DNA of 64,000 nt from assembly GCA_046309815.1 (NCBI GenBank), contig JBKCOJ010000005.1, positions 263,144 to 327,143 of the forward strand. Direction: 5' to 3'. Position 1 is the stretch's first letter. The number at the start of each line of letters is the position of its first letter. Of this stretch, positions 36,192-45,801 are shown in pieces. The position numbers were made by a program, and so were the translations under genes. The stretch is from Pseudomonadota bacterium. GTDB lineage: Bacteria > Pseudomonadota > Alphaproteobacteria > Paracaedibacterales > CAITNM01. A model generated the notes under the pieces. That model did no database searches. It had not been told where the DNA came from and saw nothing but the letters and a program-made list of their open reading frames with translations.

Positions 36192-37556
36192 TTAAATGCT
36201 ATTTTTAATGTCTGTATAGTTTTCTTCAGGGCGGAAAACCTCAACGGGCAATCCTAATCCTTCAGCAGTGAGCTTTCCTTGTAAAGAAAGAATCTGATAC
36301 AGATAAAAATAATACTGTTGAATAGTATTAATTTGGTCGAGCTTTGCTTGCAAAAGTTGAGCTTGAGCGTTTAACACATCCACTAAGATTTTTGTGCCTA
36401 CCTGCATTTCTTGGGTGACACCATCTACAGCTATTTCTTGGGCTTTCACTTGCTTGGAGGAATTTTGCATGTTGCTTTTTATTGCAACAAAAGCCATATA
36501 CATTTGTTTGCAGCTTTGAATAATTTCTTGTCGCACTTTTTCAAAGGCAATGCGTTTTGCAACGATAGTTTTTTTTGTTTCTCTGTACTGAGAACGAGTT
36601 ACTCCAGCATCGTATAGAGGGACGGTCAGATTAAGGCTAACTTCATCGCTTCGTTGATTTCTAGTAGGATTTGTAATGGAGTCAACGTTGTTTGTCCCCG
36701 CACTATTTTTATTAAAGCTTTGAGAACTTGCAGCTTGAAAATCAAGAGAAGGTAATAATTTTCCAGTAACAACTTTCTTATTTTGTTTCGCAGAAGAAAT
36801 ATCTTCTTGAGCTTGCTTTATTTTTGGATTTTCTCTGAGGGCTACTTCTTGCAGTAAATCCATTGATTGCGGTGCTTCCAATAGTTCCTTTGGTTGCTCA
36901 ACGCGTTCAGGAGCTGCAAGACCTGTTAGTTGCTCAAAAGAAGCCTTAGCACCTTCTAAATCAGCAAGTCCAAGCTGTAATTTTGATTGAGCTTCCACAT
37001 ATTTTGCTTCAGCTAGCGATTCTTGGGTAATTGTTTCTTCCCCTATTTCACGTTTTGCTTTTGCTGCTTCATAATTTTTCTGCATAAACGCAAAATTTGC
37101 TTTATATACTTCAACGCTTGCATATTTTGCATACAAGTCTAAATAAGCCTTGATAACCTTTAGAAAAATCTCTTGCTCTGTGCTTTTTAATTGGGCCCAT
37201 TGTCCCATGATATCGTGTTCAGTTTTAGAAACAGAGGCAGCATCGGCGAAACCTCTAAAAATATTTTGCGTAAGGACTATATTACCTTTTCGATTTTTGT
37301 CCTTACTGCTCACAGTAGGTGAGCTAGCGCCTCTGCTTGTTTTGCTATTAGCAACCGATGCCGTTGCTCCTGCCTTAATTTCAGGCCGAAATCCGCCTTT
37401 TGCCTGCACGATTTTCTCGTGTGCAGCAAGCATTGATTCACGAGTCGCCAGCAATTCTTGGTTGTTTTTATAAGCCGAAGCGAGGGCATCCCTTATATTT
37501 ACGGCGTGCCCGGATGTGCTAATTAATGTAATTAAAAGAAGATTATAAAATTTCAT
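36192..37556 (-). CDS. tolC: TolC-family outer membrane efflux protein
   Basis: Signal peptide, the N-terminal IRDALASAYKNNQELLA motif and duplicated OEP-type helical repeats. 454 aa. Confidence 0.85.
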   Translation of the reverse strand: MKFYNLLLITLISTSGHAVNIRDALASAYKNNQELLATRESMLAAHEKIVQAKGGFRPEIKAGATASVANSKTSRGASSPTVSSKDKNRKGNIVLTQNIFRGFADAASVSKTEHDIMGQWAQLKSTEQEIFLKVIKAYLDLYAKYASVEVYKANFAFMQKNYEAAKAKREIGEETITQESLAEAKYVEAQSKLQLGLADLEGAKASFEQLTGLAAPERVEQPKELLEAPQSMDLLQEVALRENPKIKQAQEDISSAKQNKKVVTGKLLPSLDFQAASSQSFNKNSAGTNNVDSITNPTRNQRSDEVSLNLTVPLYDAGVTRSQYRETKKTIVAKRIAFEKVRQEIIQSCKQMYMAFVAIKSNMQNSSKQVKAQEIAVDGVTQEMQVGTKILVDVLNAQAQLLQAKLDQINTIQQYYFYLYQILSLQGKLTAEGLGLPVEVFRPEENYTDIKNSI

Positions 37557-37566
37557 GCTTTTTTAA

Positions 37567-37875
37567 CTAATATAGAGGCACTGAAGGATCAATTTCCTTA
37601 CTCCATGCATCTATTCCCCCTGTCACATTGTAAACCGTAGCCAATCCATGTTGCAAGAGTAGCTCTGAGGCTTTGGCACTCCTAAATCCATGATGGCATA
37701 GTACCGCAATAGATCGATCGCAATCAAGTTGGCTTATATTGGTTGATAAATCCCTTAATGGAATATGCACCGCCCCATTAATGTTGGCGATCTCCCATTC
37801 CCAGGATTCTCTAACGTCAATCAGCAGGTAGTGATCAAACTGCTGGTGTAATTCATGAACAGAAATAGATTGCAT
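37567..37875 (-). CDS. Rhodanese-domain sulfurtransferase
   Basis: Single rhodanese domain of 102 aa with active-site loop CHHGFRS. Confidence 0.8.
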   Translation of the reverse strand: MQSISVHELHQQFDHYLLIDVRESWEWEIANINGAVHIPLRDLSTNISQLDCDRSIAVLCHHGFRSAKASELLLQHGLATVYNVTGGIDAWSKEIDPSVPLY

Positions 37876-37877
37876 AA

Positions 37878-38546
37878 CTAAAAAATAAAAGCTTGGGTTT
37901 CACTAAATTCTGGGCACATTGGCATATTTGTTTCTATTGAAAAAATTTTATGTAGCATACCGCCAGTTTTTTCAAAAACACAAGCTTTTGTCGACCCTTG
38001 GTCATTATCTACGATACATGTGGCTATTTTCCCGCCTTCTTCTAATTGCTTTACAACACTGTCTGGGACCGAAATTAATCCTAATTCAATAATGATGGCT
38101 TTGTATGGACTGTTTTCTTTCATTCCCGCCATTAAAGGGCCACTTTCAATAGCGATATTTTGCTTTTTTAGCTTTTCTCTGCACTTTGCAATTAAAATAG
38201 GATGTGGCTCAACAATGTAAGCGATGCAACCTATTTCGAATAATATGGTGGCAGTGTAGCCATAATTTCCTCCCACAACTAAAACCTTATCATTCCTTTT
38301 TAAAGAAAGATGCTGCAGAAAAATACCAAGAATGTGAGGAGGAAATAGGTAGCGTCCGGTTATGTCACAGTAAATGGGGCTATCGCTGTACGCTAAGGAT
38401 AAAGAGGTTATAGGGATAAAATATTCTCTAGGAGTTTTTTCAAAAGCATTTAATAGCATTTTATCCGTAACGCCATTTGCTTTTAATTGGGTGAAAACCA
38501 TTTTCTGTCGCGCATTTTTAATCGGGTCGGTACGATGAACTCGCAT
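37878..38546 (-). CDS. pcm: Protein-L-isoaspartate O-methyltransferase-like protein
   Basis: Class I methyltransferase fold (KVLVVGGNYGYTATIL). The pcm-like/rhodanese/tolC neighbourhood is common in alphaproteobacteria. Confidence 0.55.
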   Translation of the reverse strand: MRVHRTDPIKNARQKMVFTQLKANGVTDKMLLNAFEKTPREYFIPITSLSLAYSDSPIYCDITGRYLFPPHILGIFLQHLSLKRNDKVLVVGGNYGYTATILFEIGCIAYIVEPHPILIAKCREKLKKQNIAIESGPLMAGMKENSPYKAIIIELGLISVPDSVVKQLEEGGKIATCIVDNDQGSTKACVFEKTGGMLHKIFSIETNMPMCPEFSETQAFIF

Positions 38547-38616
38547 CCCTTGACCTATAACTGTGATTTCGTGTACTCATTATAAGCGTGTAGGCAGTGC
38601 TTTTATAGAGGCAATT

Positions 38617-38690
38617 GGCCGGGTGGCAGAATGGTTATGCAGAGGATTGCAAATCCTTGAATGTCGGTTCGATTCCGGTCCCGGCCTCCA
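38617..38690 (+). tRNA. tRNA-Cys (anticodon GCA), CCA encoded
   Basis: Acceptor GGCCGGG/CCCGGCC, anticodon stem-loop GAGGA-TTGCAAA-TCCTT and a TTCGATT T-loop. 74 nt. Confidence 0.9.
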
Positions 38691-38691
38691 A

Positions 38692-39522
38692 TTAATGGCT
38701 TGCAGAATGAAATTTTATATCCATAAGCTTGAAAGATTTTTGAAGCTTTCTAATCGCATGTTTTTCTATTTGCCTAACTCTTTCTTTTGTAATGCCATAA
38801 GAATGGCTGATTTCTTCTAAGGTTTGAGAAGGTTCTTCAATATATCTTTTTAGTAAAATCTCTAATTCCCGTTTATTTAAGAATTCTGCAAAGCGTTTGG
38901 ACATTTGCTTATAATAATTTTGCTCTTCTTCTTGAATAAGCAGAGAATCAATCGACTCGCTTTCGTCGGGTAATACATCAACAAAAGTCATTTCATAATC
39001 AGGATTTATTTTTTGGTCTAGATACTTATCTTTTTGAGTTAGCTTGTCATACATATTTTGCACTTCTCGTACGGCAATGTTTAGATCTTTTGCAATTTTC
39101 TTTGCAACAGTTGGCTCAAAATATTGTGTATCAACCTTTTCCAAGTTTCTTTTTAAATAACGCAACTGAAAGAATAATTTTTTATGCGTCGTTGTTGTGC
39201 CTACTCTTACAATTGACCAATTGCGCATAACATAATCTTGGCAATAAGCGTTTACCCACCATCTAGCATAGCTTGAAAAGCGGACACCTCGAGTGGAATC
39301 ATATTTATGCAAAGCAACGCATAATCCTAACCACGCTTCTTGGGCTAGATCTTCGTGTAAAATACCATAATATCGATATTTCTTTACAACACTTAATACC
39401 CAGGGCTTGAAAGCACATAAAAGTTTTTTTTCATCTTCTAGTTTATAAAGCTCTTGCCAATTTTCTATAAGGCGCTCTTCCTCAGATTGCGTTAGAAAGG
39501 ATGGATGTTTCGATATCGGCAT
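38692..39522 (-). CDS. rpoH: RNA polymerase sigma-32 factor (heat shock)
   Basis: Sigma-70 family regions 2 to 4. RpoH-box-like HKKLFFQLRYLKRNL. C-terminal HTH ISHSYGITKERVRQIE. Confidence 0.85.
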   Translation of the reverse strand: MPISKHPSFLTQSEEERLIENWQELYKLEDEKKLLCAFKPWVLSVVKKYRYYGILHEDLAQEAWLGLCVALHKYDSTRGVRFSSYARWWVNAYCQDYVMRNWSIVRVGTTTTHKKLFFQLRYLKRNLEKVDTQYFEPTVAKKIAKDLNIAVREVQNMYDKLTQKDKYLDQKINPDYEMTFVDVLPDESESIDSLLIQEEEQNYYKQMSKRFAEFLNKRELEILLKRYIEEPSQTLEEISHSYGITKERVRQIEKHAIRKLQKSFKLMDIKFHSASH

Positions 39523-39719
39523 TTAATAAAATCACAAAATAAAGTAATTATATATTAATCAATAAAAATTTATACTTTGTTAATAATTATAAAATATATA
39601 GATATTCTTTATTTAAATTTTATTAGTTGCAGTTGTCCGATTTTTTGTATTTTTAACTATTATTTAATGTTTTTGATTTAAAAATGAATATTAATATATT
39701 GTTCCAAGTAGGTATTATT

Positions 39720-41093
39720 ATGAACGTATCAAAGTCTTTTTTATTGCTTAGTGTTACATTAGGTTTGTCTCAAGCATCTTTTGCTGGAGAGCATATGGAA
39801 GTTCCTGTAACTCAGGATTTTCAATTTTCTCAAGGTGAAGTAGGTGTTCCTTCTGAAGTGGCACAAGAAAACCTCCTAAAGCAGGAAGAGCAAGTTCAGC
39901 CTATGGTAATCCCTGAGGGGCATTCTATGATGAGCGAAATGCCAGCCTCTGCTTTTGATGGGCAGCAAATGATGCATACAGAATCTGCTCAACCTATGGA
40001 TAATCCTCAAGTGCAGATGATGAACGAAGAACAAGTTCAGTCTATGGGAATGCCAGGTACACAAGCAGAACTTGTAAATCAACAGATGATGAGTGAAATG
40101 CCTTTAATTGCAAATCATCAGCTTGAGGAATCTCATAATCCTGCCGTTATCCCTTCTGTAGTTGATAATCCTGTTGCTTTAGAAGTAGCCCCTCCCTCTC
40201 TTACTGCGCAAGAAAAAGTGGCAGAAGCAATGGAGGAACTGAAAGAAAAGAAACTTGAAGAAGCGCAACAAGAAGCGTTGTTGAATAACGACGTGGTATC
40301 AGAAGAATCTTTAGTTGCCGCTCCTGCTAAAAAGAAAAAAGCAGGAAAGAAGAAATTGACAGCTGAAGAGATCCAAGCATTAAAGGCAGCTGGTGCAGAA
40401 AAAACTTTAGCTAGAACTGCAGCTCGTAAAGAAGCAGAGGATGCTAAAAAGCTTGAGCAAAAAATAAATGCTGAGCAAGTTGAAGAAAATATGACAGCAG
40501 CTCCTTTATTAACAGAAGAATCTTTAGCTGCTGCTCCTGCGAAAAAGAAAAAAGCAGGAAAGAAGAAATTGACAGCTGAAGAGATCGGAGCATTAAAGGC
40601 AGCTGGTGCAGAAAAAACTTTAGCTAGAGCTGTAGCTCGTAAAGAAGCAGAGGATGCTAAAAAGCTTGAAGAGAAAATAGAGCTTGAGCATCTAGCTGAA
40701 GAGGTTCAACATCACGAGGAAGGATCTGCTGTAGCTATTAGCGGTTCAGCACACACACAAAACCCATTTGCAGTGTTGTTTTTTACCCCAGAAGAAGCAG
40801 TTGATCTCCAAAGAACTATAAATGAAGGAGCTGCTTTTAATAATAAAAAAATGGATTCAGTAGTAATCGTTGTTGATCCGGCAAAAGGTGAAAACGATGA
40901 TATTGCTGCTAAAGAAGAAAAACAAGAGCCAGCTATTGTGGTAGGTACTCCTGCTGGGCCAGAAGTCAATTTTGAAGCAGAAGTATCTAAAAATGGAGAT
41001 GCTGTTGCGTCAAAAGAGGGCATGGATCAGAAAGACCCGGCGTCTGTTGCCGAAATTCCTGGTGAACATCAGCAAGAAATAGCTGCCCAGTAA
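39720..41093 (+). CDS. Secreted repeat protein: Met/Gln-rich N-terminal region and duplicated Lys/Ala/Glu-rich module
   Basis: Signal peptide [22 protein letters not shown]. The module [49 protein letters not shown] occurs twice. No recognised family. Confidence 0.6.
   Translation: MNVSKSFLLLSVTLGLSQASFAGEHMEVPVTQDFQFSQGEVGVPSEVAQENLLKQEEQVQPMVIPEGHSMMSEMPASAFDGQQMMHTESAQPMDNPQVQMMNEEQVQSMGMPGTQAELVNQQMMSEMPLIANHQLEESHNPAVIPSVVDNPVALEVAPPSLTAQEKVAEAMEELKEKKLEEAQQEALLNNDVVSEESLVAAPAKKKKAGKKKLTAEEIQALKAAGAEKTLARTAARKEAEDAKKLEQKINAEQVEENMTAAPLLTEESLAAAPAKKKKAGKKKLTAEEIGALKAAGAEKTLARAVARKEAEDAKKLEEKIELEHLAEEVQHHEEGSAVAISGSAHTQNPFAVLFFTPEEAVDLQRTINEGAAFNNKKMDSVVIVVDPAKGENDDIAAKEEKQEPAIVVGTPAGPEVNFEAEVSKNGDAVASKEGMDQKDPASVAEIPGEHQQEIAAQ
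40302..40679 (+). repeat. Two 165-bp direct repeat copies (40302..40466 and 40515..40679, period 213 bp) inside the coding sequence
   Basis: Hand alignment shows about 11 mismatches in 165 bp. The copies are in frame and encode the duplicated Lys-rich module. Confidence 0.9.
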
Positions 41094-41117
41094 ACAGCAG
41101 TTCTCATGAGGAATCAA

Positions 41118-41147
41118 ATGCTCTTCTGAAAAGAAGAGCATTTTTTT
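41118..41147 (+). terminator. Rho-independent terminator downstream of the repeat-protein gene
   Basis: 9-bp perfect stem ATGCTCTTC / GAAGAGCAT with loop TGAAAA, followed by a T7 run. Confidence 0.7.
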
Positions 41148-41200
41148 ATTCTAAATTTTGTATTTTAGCGGTAATCTACTATAAAAAAATAAAGCACAAA

Positions 41201-41920
41201 ATGACACGTATTGATAAGCGTAACACGGATGATCTTCGTCCGATCTTTTTAGGTCCAGGTTTTGCAAAGTTTGCCCATGGATCATGTTTTGTAAAATTTG
41301 GTGATACTCATGTGTTATGCACTGCTACCATCGAAGAAAAAGTTCCACCATTCTTAAAAAACACAAAAAGTGGCTGGATTACTGCCGAATACGGCATGCT
41401 TCCATGTTCTACTCAAGATCGAATGGACAGAGAGGCCTCAAAGGGTAAGCAATCAGGTCGTACGCAGGAAATTCAGCGACTTATTGGTCGTAGTCTTCGT
41501 GCGATAGTTGATCTTAAAGCACTAGGTGAGCGCCAAATCAAGATTGATTGCGATGTTTTACAAGCAGATGGTGGAACACGTACAGCCAGCATCACCGGCG
41601 CTTATGTTGCCTTATACCAAGCACTACAGAGATTAGTTAATAGAAAACAGCTTAATGCTATTCCATTGATTGATCAGGTTGCGGCAATTTCTTGTGGGAT
41701 ATACCAACAAGAAGCATTGCTTGATTTAAACTATGTGGAAGATTCTTCATCCGAGGTTGATGCGAATTTTGTTTTAACAGCAAGCGGCAAAATTATTGAA
41801 GTGCAAGCTTGTGCAGAAAAAGCCCCATTTGATCAACAGCAATTTTTAGATATGTTGGCTCTTGCGCAAAAAGGTGCAGGACAATTATTTGAGCTTCAGA
41901 AAAAAGCTTTAAATCTTTAG
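41201..41920 (+). CDS. rph: Ribonuclease PH
   Basis: Motifs [14 protein letters not shown] and [18 protein letters not shown]. 239 aa. Confidence 0.95.
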   Translation: MTRIDKRNTDDLRPIFLGPGFAKFAHGSCFVKFGDTHVLCTATIEEKVPPFLKNTKSGWITAEYGMLPCSTQDRMDREASKGKQSGRTQEIQRLIGRSLRAIVDLKALGERQIKIDCDVLQADGGTRTASITGAYVALYQALQRLVNRKQLNAIPLIDQVAAISCGIYQQEALLDLNYVEDSSSEVDANFVLTASGKIIEVQACAEKAPFDQQQFLDMLALAQKGAGQLFELQKKALNL

Positions 41921-42007
41921 TTTTTTATAAAGAAAAATCAACTAGCCATTGCCAGAAGTTTTTTCTAGAGATTAAAATACAATGATAAAAGATAAGGAGA
42001 GACAAAA

Positions 42008-42331
42008 ATGTCTCATGAAAAATCTGTTAATGTTCAGGATGCTTTTTTAAATCATATTAGGAAAAATAAAACACCTCTCACCGTTTTTTTAGTAAATGGA
42101 GTAAAACTACAAGGCACTATTACATGGTTTGATAGTAATACAATTTTACTTAGGCGTGAGGGCCATGCTCAACTAATTTACAAGCATGCGATTTCAACGT
42201 TAATGCCACATGGGCCTGTATCAATTCTGGATTACCAAAATAACGATCGCGAAGATCGGCATACTCAAAATTCAGCAGAATCAGAAGACATTGATGATTT
42301 TGATGAAACGATGGAAGAATCTGAAATTTAA
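42008..42331 (+). CDS. hfq: RNA chaperone Hfq with extended acidic C-terminal tail
   Basis: Sm1/Sm2 core [34 protein letters not shown]...IYKHAIST. The tail ends [19 protein letters not shown]. Confidence 0.95.
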   Translation: MSHEKSVNVQDAFLNHIRKNKTPLTVFLVNGVKLQGTITWFDSNTILLRREGHAQLIYKHAISTLMPHGPVSILDYQNNDREDRHTQNSAESEDIDDFDETMEESEI

Positions 42332-42333
42332 TA

Positions 42334-42418
42334 TGGTGCGGTTGAGAAGACTCGAACTTCCACGGATTGCTCCACAGCGACCTCAACGCTGCGTGTCTAC
42401 CAATTCCACCACGACCGC
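42334..42418 (-). tRNA. tRNA-Leu (anticodon GAG), CCA encoded
   Basis: The reverse complement is GCGGTCGTGGTGGAATTGGTAGACAC..., with anticodon stem-loop CAGCG-TTGAGGT-CGCTG, a long variable arm and a TTCGAGT T-loop. One C-A mismatch in the acceptor stem. Confidence 0.85.
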
Positions 42419-42468
42419 AGGTGGAAAACATAGCAAAGTTAATGCAGCTATACAAGACTTGCTATGTA

Positions 42469-42939
42469 CTACAATAAAGAGTTCGCGCCACTAATTTCGC
42501 AAGTTCCTGGATTTTTTTCAATGTTAGCTTTTAAAATTTCGCTGTTTTCCAGCACGAGAAGGAATCGTGTGCAGCGGAAACCCATGTGTTTTTCTGTAAG
42601 ATCTAACCCCAGGTTCAAAGCTTTGGTTAAAGCAGCGCTGCCGTCCGCTAACATAATGATATCTGCATTTGGTGCTATTTGTTCTTTCCAAGCTTGCATT
42701 ACGAAAGCATCATTAACCGCCATACAAATAATCTTTTCATAACCCTTTTCTCTCAAGTTCTTTTCATGAGTCACAAAACTTGGCAGCTGAATCTGTGAGC
42801 AGGTAGGGGTAAAAGCTCCCGGGAGACCAAATAGGATTGTCTTACCCTTGAATAATTCAGTAGTGCTAATTTCTTTTTTTTCGCCTGATTCAATGATTTG
42901 TACTGTTAGATCAGGAATTTTCGTTGTTGGAATAGACAT
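42469..42939 (-). CDS. Peroxiredoxin, Prx5/type II (AhpC/TSA family)
   Basis: Active-site motif PGAFTPTCS. 156 aa. Confidence 0.85.
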   Translation of the reverse strand: MSIPTTKIPDLTVQIIESGEKKEISTTELFKGKTILFGLPGAFTPTCSQIQLPSFVTHEKNLREKGYEKIICMAVNDAFVMQAWKEQIAPNADIIMLADGSAALTKALNLGLDLTEKHMGFRCTRFLLVLENSEILKANIEKNPGTCEISGANSLL

Positions 42940-43186
42940 ACTGGCCTTGAGTGCTAAATATCTGCTGAAGAATACTAAACCTTGGTATTTTACTCAAGAA
43001 GTGAAAAGTTATTAGAAGGAAAAATATTATTTCTGCAAACAGTATAATTAACTTCTTAAAATTATTTTTTTAACTGCATTGAGCATTGAGATTTCATTTT
43101 AATCCTTTATTTTAAAATTTGCTGACTTTTTCTTGTTTTTTATAGGATTTTTTGGCTAATCTATATGGAATGGGAGGAATGTATTA

Positions 43187-44482
43187 ATGCATGGCGAATT
43201 CGGCATAACTAATATAGCGTTAGTGATACTAATAGCGCTGATATTTGGTCTCGGCATGACGAGACTAAAGCAACCTCCTATTTTGGGATATATAATCGCT
43301 GGTCTTATTCTTGGTCCCTCTGGGCTTGCTTATGTTGAATCGCGTGATCAAGTAAGTATTCTTGCTGAAATGGGTGTGCTACTTTTACTATTTGTAATAG
43401 GCATTGAGCTGAATTTGCGCACATTCAAAAAAGTTTGGCTCGTGACGTCGCTTGCAACTCTTTTTCAAATTGTTATATGCACTGGCGTTACCTGGGCTAT
43501 CTCATATTTTTTAGGATGGGGCAGCGGGCTCCCCGTATTATTAGGATTCATTACAGCGATTTCTTCAACAGCTGTTGCTGTTAAAATGCTAGATACAATT
43601 GGGGAGACCAATTCCGAAATTGGGCAAATAAGTATAGGTATTCTTATTGCACAAGATTTTGCCATCGTTCCGATGATTCTAATTTTGCGTAATTATCACG
43701 CCGATCTGTCAATTCTAGGACTTTTTTCAAAACTATTGCTTGCGGTGGGTATTATTGCAGGGCTCATTTATTATCTTAGTCAAAAGCAACGTGTGCGCAT
43801 TGGATTTTTGGCAGATGTTATTCGTCAGAAGGATTTATTGCCTTTAGTGAGTTTAGTTTTTTGTTTTGCAGCCGCTGCACTTTCAGGAGTAATAGGGCTT
43901 TCTGCTGCGTATGGTGCCTTTTTAGCTGGTTTAACAATCGGAAACACTCATGAAAGAAGCGCTGTATTAGACACCGTTAAACCTATTCAGAGCACACTGA
44001 TAATGGTGTTTTTCTTATCCATCGGAATATTAATGGATGTTGGGTTTATTTACCTGCATTTAGGGACGTTTATTTTGCTGTTGCTATTAATAACAGTGGG
44101 TAAAACAGCCATTAATATTCTTATTTTGCGCTTTTTACAAATACCTTGGTCAGAAGCATTTCTAGTCGGCGTTGTTCTTGCCCAAATCGGTGAGTTTGCA
44201 TTTTTGATGGCCTCTATTGGTCACGAAGCAAAAATCATTGATGAATTCGGAGAAAAGCTAATTTTATCTTTAACAGCGCTTTCCTTGTTGTTTAGCCCTA
44301 TTTGGATGACCCTTGCGCGGCATTTGAAGAATATTACCGATGACTCAAAAATATCTATAAAAGATGTTGTGGCCTGGCTTACTTTGCCCGGAAGTCATTT
44401 TCTGAAATTTGTATGGAAAAGGGCGGCGAAAGAATGGAAAGAAGAAGAAAAAAGTATTAAGCATCCGAGTGATGATGCCTGA
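43187..44482 (+). CDS. Monovalent cation:proton antiporter (CPA2/Kef-type membrane domain)
   Basis: About 12 TM helices. N-terminal LKQPPILGYIIAGLILGPSGL is typical of the Na+/H+ exchanger family. GGAGG lies 10 nt upstream. Confidence 0.8.
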   Translation: MHGEFGITNIALVILIALIFGLGMTRLKQPPILGYIIAGLILGPSGLAYVESRDQVSILAEMGVLLLLFVIGIELNLRTFKKVWLVTSLATLFQIVICTGVTWAISYFLGWGSGLPVLLGFITAISSTAVAVKMLDTIGETNSEIGQISIGILIAQDFAIVPMILILRNYHADLSILGLFSKLLLAVGIIAGLIYYLSQKQRVRIGFLADVIRQKDLLPLVSLVFCFAAAALSGVIGLSAAYGAFLAGLTIGNTHERSAVLDTVKPIQSTLIMVFFLSIGILMDVGFIYLHLGTFILLLLLITVGKTAINILILRFLQIPWSEAFLVGVVLAQIGEFAFLMASIGHEAKIIDEFGEKLILSLTALSLLFSPIWMTLARHLKNITDDSKISIKDVVAWLTLPGSHFLKFVWKRAAKEWKEEEKSIKHPSDDA

Positions 44483-45089
44483 TTTTTCTTTTGAGGAAAC
44501 TTATTCGTCAAAAAAAGTAGCAGGCCTTGATGAGGCAGGCTGCGGACCCTGGGCAGGCCCTGTGGTGGCTGCAGCTGTTATGTTTTTTGAATACAATCAA
44601 GAAACTTGGAATGCTTTAAATGACTCAAAGAAGTTAAGTTTAAAAAAACGCCAAGAATGCTTTGAATTATTAATAAATTCATCCACTCTTGTCTATGGGA
44701 TTGGTATTTCCTCCGTGGAAGAAATTGATACATTGAATATTGCAAATGCAACGTGCTTAGCGATGAAAAGGTCTCTAGAATCACTATCAATGCGTCCCGA
44801 TCATGTGCTAATAGATGGTAATCGTAAACCATCGATAGATATTCCCTTTACCATGATTATAAAAGGAGACAGCCTTTCTTTAAGCATTTCTGCTGCTTCT
44901 ATCATTGCAAAAGTAACTCGCGACCAAATAATGCATGACCTTGAAAAAGATTATCCAGAATATTATTGGTCAAGAAATGCAGGGTACGGAACAGCATTGC
45001 ACCAAAAGGCTCTGAAAAAGCATGGAGTCACCCCTCATCATAGAAGAAGTTTTGCCCCAATTCGAGCTCTCTTGGGAGAAGTTGCATGA
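44472..45089 (+). CDS. rnhB: Ribonuclease HII
   Basis: The GLDEAGCGPWAGPVVAAAV catalytic motif. A start at MMPDFSF overlaps the antiporter stop. The ORF-track start at 44409 is an over-extension. Confidence 0.9.
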   Translation: MMPDFSFEETYSSKKVAGLDEAGCGPWAGPVVAAAVMFFEYNQETWNALNDSKKLSLKKRQECFELLINSSTLVYGIGISSVEEIDTLNIANATCLAMKRSLESLSMRPDHVLIDGNRKPSIDIPFTMIIKGDSLSLSISAASIIAKVTRDQIMHDLEKDYPEYYWSRNAGYGTALHQKALKKHGVTPHHRRSFAPIRALLGEVA

Positions 45090-45793
45090 CGTATTGGATG
45101 TATGGTTGGCATGCATGTCAGGCTGCTCTTAATAATCCTATCAGGAAAATTGAGAAAATACTTTTAGACAAACGCCAAGATCCAGCTAAATTACAGCTAA
45201 ATAGAAAAATTCCTTTAGAAAAAGTTGATACAAAAATTATTGAACAAAAAGTTGGGAAAGAATCAGTTCATCAAGGAATTACTATATGTGCGCATGAATT
45301 GCTTACGGAAGATATTTCATTTTTAAGTGCGGATGTTCCCATGAATGTCGCAATACTTGATCAAATTACAGATCCACATAACGTGGGTGCTATCTGGAGA
45401 TCCTGCGCAGTTTTTGGAATCACAGCTATTGTTACCACAGAACGTAACAGCGCTCCTGAATCAGGTGCTTTAGCAAAATCTGCATCTGGAGCGTTAGAGT
45501 TTGTTCCGCGCATTGAAGTAAAAAATCTTGCAGCATCTCTAGCAGAATTAAAAGAATATGGTTTTTGGATTTATGGTTTTTCTGAGCATTCAAAAGCAAC
45601 GCTTCAAAAATTTTCTTTTGCTAAAAAAACTGCTTTGATTTTTGGCAATGAAGGTGATGGGATGCGATCTTTAACAATGAAAAATTGTGACGAAACGCTT
45701 CAATTGCCTACGTCTAAGAATTTTCAAACACTCAATGTTTCAAACGCTGCAGCTATTGCGCTGTATGAGGTTTTTAAGCAAACTCATTCTTAG
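45086..45793 (+). CDS. rlmB: SpoU/TrmH-family 23S rRNA 2'-O-ribose methyltransferase (RlmB-like)
   Basis: SpoU motifs DQITDPHNVGAIWRS, LIFGNEGDGM and SLNVSNAAAIALYE. Confidence 0.8.
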   Translation: MTYWMYGWHACQAALNNPIRKIEKILLDKRQDPAKLQLNRKIPLEKVDTKIIEQKVGKESVHQGITICAHELLTEDISFLSADVPMNVAILDQITDPHNVGAIWRSCAVFGITAIVTTERNSAPESGALAKSASGALEFVPRIEVKNLAASLAELKEYGFWIYGFSEHSKATLQKFSFAKKTALIFGNEGDGMRSLTMKNCDETLQLPTSKNFQTLNVSNAAAIALYEVFKQTHS

Positions 45794-45801
45794 AGGTTGT
45801 T

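Noticed and set aside
38563-38820. 85-aa plus-strand ORF spanning tRNA-Cys and the rpoH 3' end.
   Set aside because: It overlaps a confidently folded tRNA and the sigma-32 coding region, so it is a spurious frame.
40302-40679. The tandem direct repeats considered as a possible CRISPR or other non-coding repeat array.
   Set aside because: There are only two copies of 165 bp with a 48-bp spacer. They are in frame within a continuous ORF and conserved at the protein level, so this is a coding duplication.
42150-42494. ORFs 42150..42455 (minus) and 42210..42494 (plus) across the hfq 3' end and tRNA-Leu.
   Set aside because: They overlap hfq and a confidently folded tRNA-Leu and have no supporting motifs.
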